Shown: positions 27,099-39,890, numbered from the stretch's first letter. The stretch is 64,000 bases of DNA from Mytilus californianus (GCF_021869535.1 NW_026262593.1:28148001-28212000), one strand, 5' to 3'. Notes: generated by a model from the letters alone, not told the origin. Program-made: numbers and translations.

Positions 27099-27764
27099 TC
27101 TGTGTCTTTTAGGCTATTAAAAACTCTTAAATTGTTTATAGATATATATATATATATATATAACGAGCACAAAGCCATCACAGTCCGGGAAAATAACTTT
27201 AATAATATAATTCATATAAACTTTTGGTAGTGCACAAAAAAGGCTCAAATGCATAATTATCCTTGTTTATGGTAAATACATCGTAGTTGTAGCTCTCAAT
27301 AGCAAACATTCATCCAAGCTGCTAGAATACATTTTTCATGGGAAAAATTAAAAGAATTATCGCATAACTACATTCTATACTCATATTCGAATTTTAATTT
27401 TACAATGTACTTTACAGAAACTAATAGATTTACATCTGTATTCTTATATCTTATATCCAATCTTTTTCTGGGACATAGGGACCGACCACTGGCGATTATG
27501 TGGTTTGATATTGTAATATCACTAGTTGAAAATGAATGGAATAGATTGATTTTAAAAACACCCGAGTGGTTAGCACGTTTGTGTTGACATGAAATGCCAT
27601 CGATATGTTGATTTTCTGTTGCTGGAATGTTGAATTATTCGAAACAATAAGGTTTTTTCAACCCAAGGCTTAGATTGCATTACTCGTATTCGGCACCACT
27701 ATCCGATGTTTTCGATGTTTAACTCTCAACATCGTATTTAATTTGGTATTCTAACTGCTAATTT

Positions 27765-27812
27765 GAGCGACACTGATGAGTCTTATTGAGACAAAACTAT
27801 ACGACTGGTATC
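27765..27812 (+). ncRNA. Near-intact but mutated hammerhead (family A)
   Basis: CTGATGA-GTC-TTATTGA-GAC at 27773, then AAAA instead of GAAA and GAC instead of the GTC triplet. Confidence 0.55.
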
Positions 27813-29449
27813 GTTGATGAGTTTTTACAACTACTGGGTCGATGCGACTGCTGGGTGACGTTCGTCCCCGAGAGGATGCCACTGCTGGGTGACGTTCGTC
27901 CCCGAGGGTAACAACAACCCAGTAGTTAGCATAATTGTGTCGACATGACATATCATTGGAACGTCTGGCGTACCGAATTGTAAGCCTCGTATCTCTGATG
28001 CGTTTTTCCACATTTTAATCTGTAATGTATTTTAAAGAGCTTATGAACCTTAAAAAAAACCAAAAGTCTACCCAAAGCAGGGTTCGGATTAAGAGCTTTG
28101 CATGAAGGATGTACTAGTATATTCATTATTTTAAAATAATTTTCAAATTTTGTAACAGCATTTTAATAACACAATGTCCGTATTTTTTCATGCCAGTACA
28201 GTGGTACTAGCTACTGGACTGTGATACCCTCGGGGAATATCAGTCCACCAGCAGCGGTACCGACCCAGTGAAGGAAAAAAACATAAACGGTACCAATTTG
28301 ACTGCACCAGATTCGGATTTCGTCTTAAATGTCTTCAGCGATCCTCGAGGCCAAAATACCGGAAAATTCATTACTAGTATTAATTTATATTTGTTTTTAA
28401 ATAATAAAATTATTTTCAAGTACATAGTGTTTCTAACTAGTTTTGAAGGCATCAAAATAAAACATCTACAAAAGATGTATGGTCGGTGCTTTAGTGAACT
28501 ATATCTTTTTTTTTTAAATAAATAGAATACAATCTGCAATATACCGTATTTCTAAAAGCTTATTTTTTTCAATTATCAAGCGCTTCGGAAACACGGAATT
28601 TATGAAGTGTGATTTTCATTTGAGGACATTAAAAACGCACAATTTAAGGGAATGCTCACAGTTACCATTTGATAAATATTTCCTTTTTTACACTATTGCA
28701 ATGTTAACGTTCAAATACATTTTGTTCATATATCTCTTATAAAATCTTAACATTTTATATATATATGACAAACATTATATTTGTATATATCTTAAATAAT
28801 TGATGTGCATAACCATAAATTTCAGGCAGTGTAAAAGTATTTTCTTTTTTGGACAAATGACGTACTCCCTACCCTGGGGTCCTTCCTCTTTTCGATTATG
28901 ACGTTACATGTAGTAACATGTAATTCGTGGTCGAAAAACATATTACTACTTGAAAGTTAAAGTACAATAGAAATATTGTTTGATAAATTTTCGACATCCC
29001 TTATACAAAGCCACAAGAAAACGTCCTTTTATATTTGATGTTGATTTCGATTTTTCCGAATTATATAGCCTATTCAGAAACTGTTCTTTACAAATAGAAT
29101 TTAATTAATTATTTATTAATTAATTCCTTGTTTTTTTTAACCAAACAAACAAATATATATATTTCATCTTTTCATGTTCTGTGACATTGTTTACACTGGC
29201 AAAAAATCGCCATGCTAATTCATAAACAATAGACGAAATATTGTTTGTTCTTCTTGGAGTTTTCTTTCATATAAATATGTATTATTATACTAAAAAAAAA
29301 TTAATAAAAAAACAACAAATGAAGAAAAATAACAGCAATGAAATGATTACAAAAATATTGTGCCAGGAACGAGAGATATATATCCATATTTGTGAAAAAT
29401 GTAGTAAGTAAAAGTATTAATAAATTTATGATATCTATATCCCTGCGGT

Positions 29450-29885
29450 AAAAGTCTGCTTTGTATCGATCTGATGAGTTAAGCCCTTCAACTGATTATT
29501 ATAGTTTGTTCTTATGATGTGCTGTAACACCACTGTCCTAGGTTAGGGGAAGGTTGAGCGCTCACAAATATGTTTAACCCCGCCACATTATCTATGTGCC
29601 TGTCCCAAGTCCGGAGCCTGTAGGTCAGTGATTGTTGTTGGTTAATGTCTGTCATATCTGTTTGTCGTAAATTGTTTTGCCATAAATTAGGCCGTTAGTT
29701 TTCTCAATTAAATTGTTTCATATTTTTCTTGTCGGGGCCTTTTATAGCCGACTATACGGTATGTGTTTTTCTCATTGTTTAAGGCCGTTCGGTTGCCTTA
29801 TAATTATTGCTAACATCCACTTCATTTGAACTTTGGTGGATAGTTGTCTCATTGGCAATCATACCACATCTCCTTATTTTATATG
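29450..29885 (+). repeat. PLE-associated terminal repeat family (CTGATGAGTTAAGCC...GTCAGGAGCC...CATACCACATCTCCTT)
   Basis: The same modules follow the PLE RT relic at 39230-39890. Inverted fragments at about 200-290, 655-780, 35100-35460, 51495-51780 and 56300-56500. Confidence 0.7.
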
Positions 29886-31226
29886 TACGTGTCAATGACA
29901 AACATTAAACTAACACAAAAAGATGACTCTTTCAGAAAACACGAAAAAGGGATCCGGAGTTGGTATTATTAATATAAATGGTCTCATGCCTTCAATTGTT
30001 GGCCAATGCCGGTCTAAATCATTGTGATTTGCCTAGAACCTCGTTCTGGAGGTGCCGATTTCAGTGTTCTTTAAAATAAATATTCGATTCATTTTATTGA
30101 ATGAAAAAAACTAGTTTCTTCCCAATCGCTTTTCTAGATTTACCTTGTTCATGAAAGCTCAATGCCAGACATTTTAAAGACTAAAGACGTATGCGTAGTT
30201 GAAAAGGTGAAGTGCTGTATAGCCAAAAAAGACTTAAACAGAATAGCAAGGTCCATCTGATGTCAACTTTGACTGACGGAGTAGGAACTTTAATTTCTTA
30301 CCAATTTCTTAATTCATGAACGGGAAAAGGTATGTTTAGTTCATGTCAGTCCCAAAACACTGACCAATAACATAAACCAAATTGGAAGTATTCTGAAAGC
30401 ATAAAGTCAGAACAAAAGAAGAGTGTGAACAAAACACTTCAAACTTAACAAAACCAAGAAAGTGTAAAACAAGACCATTCAGTACATAAGTTTATATAAA
30501 TGTATCTGAAGAAAAAGCAAAGTAAAATATGAAAATAACACTTTCGGAATTACATGTGTCCGAAGCGCTTCTCTGGATTAAATTTACCAGGAACGCTCAA
30601 AATCGAATATTTGAAAGCCAATGATGTATAAGGACCGAAATACTTGAAGAGCTAAATGACCAAAAAAGGACCTAAAATATAGCCAGATCCATCTAAGCTC
30701 AACTTTGCCTGAGGAGTTGAAACCAACTACGGAAAGTTTAATGTTCTGCATTTTAGAATTTTTTGTATGGAATGTACATGACATATTCTATTTCAAACGT
30801 AATTTATCTGCACTGGTTCGGTACCGATCCTGTCGGACTGTATATCCCCGAGCATTCAACCAACCCAGTAACCAATGCTTTGGTACTGACATGATTAAAA
30901 TGATAGAATTCTTGAAATAAATTCCTTGTATATATTATGAAATAGTATTAAGACTAACGTGACAACTCCATCCAGCAAACGTGGCCTTACAGATGGCTTT
31001 GTTCTATTTTTGTTATTTTGTTTTGATGGTCATTGGTAATATTCTTTTCATTGATATGGTTATAATTACAAATTAACTTAACAAACATATTTTTGAAATA
31101 CTTAGCATTTTCTATCCAATGCAAAGATAACTTTAGCTGTATTTGGCAAAAACTTTCGGAGTTTTGGGGATCTCAATGCTCTCCAACTTTCTACTTTATT
31201 TGGTCTTTTTAACTTTTTCTGATTCG

Positions 31227-31272
31227 TGCGTCACTGATGAGTCTGTTGTAGACGAAATACGCGTCTGGTGTG
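31227..31272 (+). ncRNA. Minimal type I hammerhead ribozyme, intact core (family A)
   Basis: TGCGTCA CTGATGA GTC-TGTTGTA-GAC GAAA T-ACGC-GTC/TGGTGTG. Canonical CUGAUGA and GAAA, a GUC triplet ending at 31265, and a wobble-rich stem I. Preceded by a full family A monomer body (about 30830-31226). Confidence 0.78.
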
Positions 31273-32095
31273 TACATTGTTTAGCCTTGCATCTATAATG
31301 AGTTTATTTCGTTGATGGTGATATTCGGTTTGCTCCTTCTTATGGAGTGTATTTTATTTTATTTTAGTGTGTTCAATATACGCATGTTTTCAGTTAGCTT
31401 TCAGATTTCAATAAAGGTAATATTTTCTTTACAATGCTTTCACATTTTGTGTTTTTATAATAACAACCCTGCACATCCGAGGTATGCACTTTAGGGATCT
31501 ATCGTACTGAAGATTTACCAGGCGTTGGTTCATTATTGTTTGTAATTTCTTTACAATGCATAGTTTTTACCTCAGGGATATAGATATCATAAATTAATTG
31601 ATACTTTCACTACATTAATCACAAATATGGATATTTATTCTGAGAGTATAATTCTACATGCAGGAATTAAATTAAAATTAGTATTTAACACCAGCTTTTT
31701 ATGGTAATATTATTTATAAAGTTAACAAGTTTATATATATAGAATTGTCAATTTTTAGGCTTGGTAATTATAAATGTTATTATTATCGCTGTTGTTGGTG
31801 TTTAATCATTGCAAATGATAGAACAGAAACTTATAAAATACGTAAAAACAATATTTAATCAAGTTTCAAACAGGAAATAAGTTAATCGGTATTATTTTTA
31901 AAAAATCAAAATTTTTATTGTATATTTATCAATAAGTCTATCAATCAAAACAGAAAGTTTGGAAGTCTTTATAAATACTATTATTGTTATAAACGAAAAA
32001 GCTGAAATAACATACCTTTTTTGTATTATAGTCTTTGATATAGAACCATACATTATATGGACAAACTTTTGTATTATTGTCTTTCAAATAGAACC

Positions 32096-32455
32096 ATAAA
32101 AGAGGGGCGAAAGATACCAGAGGGACATTCAAACTCATAAATCGAAAATAAACTGACAACGCCATGGCTAAAAAAGAAAAAGACTAACAATAGTACACAC
32201 AACACAACATAGAAAACTAAAGACTGTAGCAACACGAACCCCACCAAAAACTGGGGGTGATCTCAGGTGCTCCAGAAGGGTAAGCAGATCCTGCTCCACA
32301 TCTGGCACCCGTCGTGTTGCTCATGTTAGTACAAACCCGGTAAGTAGTCTAATTCGGTAGGTCATATTCGTGAAAAGGGAACGGGATTGTAATATCGACA
32401 TTAGGAACATATCCGCTATCATTTGTGAAACGGATATTCCATAACGGTCATAAAT
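32096..32455. repeat. PLE 3'-terminal repeat family (GATACCAGAGGGACATTCAAACTCAT...AAACTGACAACGCCATGGC)
   Basis: Other copies at 3440-3600 (directly after the PLE RT relic), 34320-34600 and 54925-55020. Confidence 0.7.
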
Positions 32456-32779
32456 TATGTTTACAAAATATCCCTTACTTCGTGATAACAATTAATAAAA
32501 AAAAAATTAACGAATTCATATAAGCTATATCCTAGTTGTTTAAGCTATTTCTTGATAAAATAATACCAAAGAAAAACAAAGGATATGGGGTATCCATCCA
32601 TGACACAAAATCTGTATATGCACAGCAAAAAAAAACCACACAAAAAGCAAAGGAACAGCGCCAATGTTCAGCTTTCAAGGTGCAAGATTTTTTATCACCT
32701 TGAAGAAACACTCCGACAGAGACAGGACTATCTCAGAGAGGATAAAAACATGCGGGTAAAGTATTTCTTTGTCTCCGAT

Positions 32780-33078
32780 CACACAAGAACTACTGGACAG
32801 TCATTGTATGTTAGCTTTCACGCAATGAATTTAACCAATCACACAAGAACTCCTTGGACAGTCGTTGTATGTTTGCTTTCACGCAATAAATTTAACAAAT
32901 CACACAAGAACTCCTGGACAGTCGTTGTATGTTTGCTTTCACGGAATGAATTTAACCAATCACACAAGAACTCCTGGACAGTCGTTGTATGTTTGCTTTC
33001 ACGCAATGAATTTAATCAATTACACAAGAACTCCTGGACAGTCGTTTTTTGTTTGCTTTCACGCAATGAATTTAACCA
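32780..33078. repeat. 60-bp x5 minisatellite
   Basis: CACACAAGAACTCCTGGACAGTCGTTGTATGTTTGCTTTCACGCAATGAATTTAACCAAT repeated 5 times; one unit is 61 nt. Confidence 0.95.
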
Positions 33079-34659
33079 TGCAAGAATTGGATTTGAAATT
33101 TTTTATTAACCATTAAAATAAAAACCAGAAAAAAGTCATAGATCTGAAGCAAAAATCATTATCATCAATATTATAAATAATTATTCTATTTATCATTTCA
33201 ACAATATTTATAGGTATATAAATAATTGATATAAAGTTGTTTGTTGATTAATATGTTTCCCTTTCTTATTCATTGAAAAAGTAAATTCAAAACCTAATGA
33301 AATGATAGTGCTTTTTTCAAATTAAAAACTGCAATTGACATCTTGCTTTATTAGAAAAGGAAGTAACTAACTGTACTTAATTCTAATTGTCATGTGAATG
33401 CCGAACGACTTTATTATACAGTGGTGTTTAAAATCATATCATTCTTTTGCATTATATGGAATGATATTTTAAAGAGGCTTACTCTCAAAGCATCAAGAAT
33501 TTGATGTATTAATATTATATTTAAACATTTATATATTACTTGTTTTCGTTGGGTTTAGAGTGATTTATATTTTAATTTGGTATTCAGTGTTCTTTAACAT
33601 CGTATTGGTTTTGCCTTCAATCTTTTTTTTTGAACGCCGCTAATAAATCTTACGAGTCTTGTAGACGATATGCATACTAAATTGTATTCCTGGGTATCCT
33701 TGACGTTTTTTTTTCCGCATTTTGATTTATTGGTATATTTTCTCACAGTAGCGATTAAAATATTATTTTTTTCTTTAATGTAAAGTATTTGAACGTGACA
33801 CAACGTATCTTAGAATAATTGTACGATGAATGATACATGCATATATAGTGATAACTGATAACTTTATCAATCTCACTCCTTTTAAAAAAAAGAAGTTAAT
33901 GTGAGTCATTCTTATGTTTGTCAAATTCTACATAGGCTTATGAGACTTATACAGACTTCGGTATATTATGCTCATATTTAATTGGTCAATTGTTTCAAAA
34001 CTTTGAGTTTGGAAAGCAAATGAGACATGATTTCAAAATATTAGATAATTCAATCAGACCACTTAATTGTAGATTTCTATTTTCTATTGCATGCCTCTCA
34101 TAATTTCTCCAGGGAAGTGATATTCAACAGAAAGAATTTATCAATGATAGATAGTGATACTTTGTCATTCTTAAGGCCGCAACATGATATTTTTTTTTAT
34201 ATAGGAGTTATATAATGTTAATGTATCATATGACTTTATTGTACACATACAAAGATTAATCTTATCAGACTGTCAACAAATTATTCTATTCCTTATGCTT
34301 CTTTCCCGCCAAATAAAGCCGGGAGGCGAAAGATACCAAAGTAATAATTCGAGATTAACTTAAAACGTAATGGCAAAAAAACGAAAGACAACAAAAAGAC
34401 AAACAAGTGCACAAAACATCACATAGAAAACTAAAGACTAAATATAAAGAACCCCATCAAAAAACAGGGGGTGATCACAGATGTTGCAGAAGGGTAAACA
34501 AATCATTCTACACTAATGGCACCCGTCTTGGGATTGTGATTACAACATTTGCAGCATATCCATGGTGATCTGTAATAAATATATCACACAACGGTCATGC
34601 TCGCCAGGGTCTGCGTAGATTTGTATCAAGGATAGACCATTGCTCTTATTCTAAATAAA

Positions 34660-34830
34660 ATCGTATAGGTTGTAAAAATATTATACTACACTGTATAAAG
34701 AATATGTACACAGTAATAGTTTGTAATCTTAATATACTACAATGTATAAAGGATATGCACACAGTAATAGTTTGTAATCTTATACTATACTGTATAATGA
34801 ATATGCACACAGTAATAGTTTGTATTATAA
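34660..34830. repeat. About 49-bp x3.5 minisatellite
   Basis: CACAGTAATAGTTTGTA recurs at 34709, 34759 and 34807. Confidence 0.85.
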
Positions 34831-36599
34831 TTTTAGTCGTATGATACACATTTAATTATGTATACTGACTTTCAAAATCAATATATTTGTCTGATATTTG
34901 ATGCATGTGCACTTTAGTATTTCAAAAACATATTTGATTCTGACGTTAATTGCGGTTCCTATACGTTTTTATCGATCTTTAAAATATACAATCAACTACT
35001 GAATGCATTAGAACATAGTATCCTTTCTTTCAAACATTGAAAAACAAAAATAAAACTGGATGTTTTTACTGTATATTTAGTTTTAAAATATAATGTTATG
35101 TTATATATATAAGGAGATGTGGTAGGATTGTCAATCAGACAAATATGCATCAGTGACCATAGTACGAGAATATAAACAACTGTATGTCTCCATACATCAT
35201 TAAACAATGACAGTATAGTAAGCTAAACAAAATACGTACAACAAAATATAAAACAGTTCGAAAGAGAAAACTAATGGCCTGAATTAGGCTATAGACAATA
35301 AACGAAAACAAGAACGAATATGGCAGACCGCAACAATTGACAACCACCACTAAACTACAGGCTCCTGACAGCCACATACAGAATGTGGCGGAGTTAAACA
35401 TTACTGTGAGCGCTGAATCCTCTCCATAACCTGAAACAGCAAGATATAAGAAGAAACTGCAACAAATGTGAAAGGACTTGACTCGTCTTACTGGCACGAA
35501 GCACAAAACACAAGTAACAGAAAGACAAAAGACACAAAGAACCGTACTACGAGAAGTTTGCTCAAAGCCCAATTTCAACTTATAAATTACCCATGTCTTC
35601 CCAGAGTAAAATACCAATCAGTACATGCACATCTATCGGATTTAGTGTAAATACGTTATAAACATAAACAATCTGGGATAAGCAAGACCGTGTGCAATGC
35701 CGAAATGTAAGTATCGACATGATGAAGGATCATCAGTATTTATAATTGCATGCATTGCAACACATATTTAGTTATGTTTAATCTATAACAAATAAATCAA
35801 TGTAAGTACCGATGAGGACTTTTTTTCATTACAAAAGAATGCTTTATATAAGTTGCAGCAAACAATTTTTTTCAAAGGGTTATTTGATTGAATAAGAAAA
35901 CTGTGTGATCAGATTGTGTGGAAGTATGGTGTAAGTCTACCCTATAGGGAAGTAAATGAGCTGAACTGAAAGCCTGTTCAAAGCCAATTTCAACTAATAA
36001 ATATATCACGTTTTTTTCTAGACTAAGTATCAATCAGCACATGCACATCTAATGGGTTTAGTGTACAGACGTTATAAACATTAGCAATCTAAGAAAAGCA
36101 TACTTCATTATTGCTCAAGATATCTTTTGTATTATATTCGTTTTATGTATGTTATTGTTTTAAATATTCAAATGGGGATGTCCTGAACTATTAAGATTTT
36201 GTTAAATACGAAGCTTTCAATATCCTAATAATATCCGTTAAGGAAGTCATTCTTTGTATCTACAAAATTAGTCTAATAAAAAGAAAATACGAAATTCCCT
36301 TTTCTCGAAAGTTGTTTATCAATAGAAAGATCAATCACTTTATATTTTATTTCAGTTTTTTCTTCCTTAACCAAATGACTACATTGAAACGTGGGACAAT
36401 AAAAAGCCTTTTGTTTGTATTACACGAAAGCTATATTCAAACGTTTTTCTGTAATGTTTTATTCATCTTAGGAGACTAATTTCTATTGACCATTTTGTTA
36501 ACTCTGTGAACAGTTATGATTCTTCTGATTAAAAAATGTTGAAAAACTAATTGAACGGACTTTTAAAAAATCAGTTACAATACTAAGTAATAATCGGTC

Positions 36600-39500
36600 T
36601 TTCTTGATTTTCATAAAAGACATAAAAATGATTTTCGTAGAAATGCGCAGACATGATGAAAGGTTCACAGTACTTACTCAACAATATTTTTGCTCATTTT
36701 GGTAAGATATTTATCGTCAAACTATCGAAATTTCTATAGGTACTAACTGCGCACCTCTTACTTATGATCTTTTTCTTTTGGGAATGTTTTTTCATGAACA
36801 AACTTCAAAAATGGAAAATTAAAATTAAAATGTCTGATAAAAAAGTTGACAGTTTAACAATACTACCAATTCTAGATCCCGTCGTCGTAGTCACCATTTA
36901 GGTTCAGTCTGAAAATAAAGGTATTTTTGACATAAATAACCAAGTGTCAAGCCTTCTCTGAAATTTCTGTAAAACTTTACCAGTAGATTCTTCATAATCA
37001 AGATATGCCATCTAGGGAAATAAAAAATAATTTCCATATTTTACTCATCAATGGACATTTTTTTGAAGTCAACATATCGGTAAATTAAGTCAGTAGTTAA
37101 AGATTTTTTAAACTTGAATAACTTTGTCATACTTTTGGAACTTTACAAAACTTGGACAGAAGTTTCTTCATAATCAAGAGATAGCACCATGAGCATTGTT
37201 TAAATTTTCTTTTTTCAAAATAAATGGACATAGTTTTTTGTCAGTCAACATTACATTTGTACACGGACTACAGCAATCGCAGACAAGACACAGTAATCCG
37301 CGGAACCCTTCACAAATTTCTGTTTATTTTTATTATTAAGGAATTATGTACAATCTTATTCCTACTCATACGGTGACCTTCGATGAATCTACATGTAGTC
37401 TAATCTAAATATAATAGAATATTGTCTTACTTTTATTTCAAATAACCTTGTGATAGCTGTTATCTATTAAACATTGTAAGTATTGAAATATATTGTGGTG
37501 GTCTAATAATAGCGCTCAAGATTACTTCTATATTGGGATCCGAGGTACGAATATAGATATATGATTATATATTTATCGATTCCAAATTTCTTATGTCTCT
37601 TACGACAAAATTAACAACATAAAAGCGGAATATATGGTTTCATATAGTATGTGCTTAAACTCTATATATAAATATTCATTCTGTTTATAGCAATTGTAAA
37701 TACTTTGCATTCTAATTAAGTCTATTGTATTCATATATGAAATAAAAACAAATGTATTATGGAATTTATGAAATGCTATTTGTATTATCGCCGTCGAAAT
37801 GATTAACATTTCATTTCAATCTAGGACAAGATCAATTTTACTATTCAGGCATAATGATTGCCTGGACGATCCTTTCAAATCAATAAAAACTGTTTATCTT
37901 ATGTTTTAAATTTTAAAATATCCTTTCATAAATTCTTTCATTTTTTTTTTAATCAACTCAATCTCTTTTGACTTCGGTTGTTCCGTTCAATTGGGAAAGT
38001 TACATTCAAGGCTTGTGTTGAAGGGAAGCAACTGAGGGCGATGTTGTACGGATAAATTGCCGAATCAAAACTGAATGTTCGTTTTCAAGTGACATGCAGT
38101 CGTCGTGTAAAACTGTCATTTGCTTTCAAGTACAAGTCAAGAATATAACCCCTGCCCCAACTTCTGGCTATACTTTATGAAATATAGTTTACTTTTCCCT
38201 TCAGAGGTAGTCAACTTTCCCTGCATTCAATTATTTGTACTAGGTCCATTTTCCAAAATTTCTTCAATCATTACGAAAGTTTTCAGAAGCATAGCTTCAT
38301 ATGTGAACTTTGAGGCTATAACCACATAATGTCGTTTTAAACTGCCGAACAAGTAGAATATTTTTAAATGCACAGAGCCTGCAATTTTGAAAGATTTAGG
38401 CAAATTTTGAAGATGTATCCAAAAAGGGAATGCCAATGCAGCTGCGTATGGAGAAGTATCGAGACAAAACATATAATATGTTTTGTGGTTTGTATTTATG
38501 ATTTCCATGCATAAGCTGACTCAAATACTCAGTTATAAATAGTTTTTTTCACTGGCAATTGTTATAAATTGAATAAGATTAGATGCTGGTCATACTTCAG
38601 AGACACAAAAGAAAGACAACTGTTGGTAAACATACCGTTATCAACAATATACAAATGATTATAAAAATTCAAACAAATGATCTAAGAAATGTCTGAGCTT
38701 ACAATAACTGTCCTTTTCTAGATTAACATATTTCAGTTTTACACAGGAAACTCGGCACAAAAATTTAAGATAAAAGGGACGATTTTTCGTTCCCTATTTT
38801 GTTTTTTTTTCTATTTTTTGGGCGGGGATGTTCCTTTGGCACCGTCTTACGGTGTTATTATATCCCATATCGATCGCTATGCCAGTGTCTAGTGACTTTT
38901 GGGTTTCAATGAATGCAATCTGTGTATTACAGTCAAATCATTAAATCAAGCATTTCGTTACTATAAATTACTTAAAACGTTTACTAAATTCTCTCATAAA
39001 TACAAAGATTTGGTTTGGAAGTTTGGCTGCACCCCTAGAAAAACTTATTACAAACTGGATAGAACATCCTAATGTTTACGGTGGTTTTGTTTATCGAGGC
39101 CGTAAATTTAGATATGATACGTGTAACCTTGTCGATTCTTTAAATAAAACTATTCTAAAAGGTTACCAATTCAACACTGTCATTAGAATTTTGAATAATG
39201 TTTATAAATATCGATTTTGTAATCAGTAAATTAAAACCCAACTAAATATTATTGCTATACACCTATGAACATTCTGTCGATACCTACATTTGGCATAACA
39301 CAAGATCATGTTTTATCTGTCTGTTAATGACATATTAACACTAAATCCATTGGATGGTGGATGTGCACTGATTGATATTTTAGTCTTTGATAAATGATTA
39401 GTGGTTGTTTGCTTTGAACTACCTTTCAAAAACTGCGAGTACTCTCATATCTCATGTACTTTGTGTCGTTAGCGTTTTTGTAAGATGTCTATGTGCTTTG

Positions 39501-39890
39501 TATCAATCTGATGAGTTTATCCCTTTTCAACTGATTTGTATGTTGCTGTTACACCACTATCCCAGGTTGGTGGAGGGTTGGTCGCCCCACCAAATTATGT
39601 ACACTATGTGCCTGTCCCGAGTCAGGAGCCAATAACTCAGTGGTTGTCGTTTTTCACTGCATATCTTTTTTCGATTATTGTTTTGTACATAAATCAGATC
39701 GTTAGTTTTCTCGTATGAATTGTTTTGCATTTGTCATTTCATGGTTTTTTTAAGCTTGCTTCACAGTATGGGGTTTTCCCATTGTTGAAGGTCGTGCGGT
39801 TACCTATAGTTGCTAGCTTCTTCATCATTTGGTCTCTTGCAGAGTTGTCACAATGTCAATCACACCGCACCTTCTTATTTTTATATTAAG
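36600..39890 (+). mobile_element. Fragmented Penelope-like element (RT core, C-terminus and 3' end) interrupted by about 1.8 kb of inserts
   Basis: YLLNNIFAHFG / IYRQTIEISIGTNCAPL..DLFL at 36670-36780 and FNNT at about 36855. After an insert (about 36870-38640) it resumes with PFLD, GKLGTKI*DKRDDFSFPI and GGDVPLAPSYGV at 38700-38870. The 3' non-coding repeat is at 39230-39890. Confidence 0.8.

Larger units (their letters stand above)
20345..28540. repeat. Older segmental duplication, copy 2, with later insertions
   Basis: See 10270-14900. Interrupted by the TTAA element at 20429-21856 and by local duplications. Confidence 0.75.

Noticed and set aside
29471-29500. CTGATGAGTT...AAC motif as a hammerhead (also 39508, and inverted at about 225 and 51760)
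   Set aside because: It has the CUGAUGA box and a possible stem II but no following GAAA or NUH, so it is not called as a ribozyme.
32780-33078. CRISPR-like array
   Set aside because: Units are tandem with no variable spacers, the context is eukaryotic, and no cas-like genes are present.
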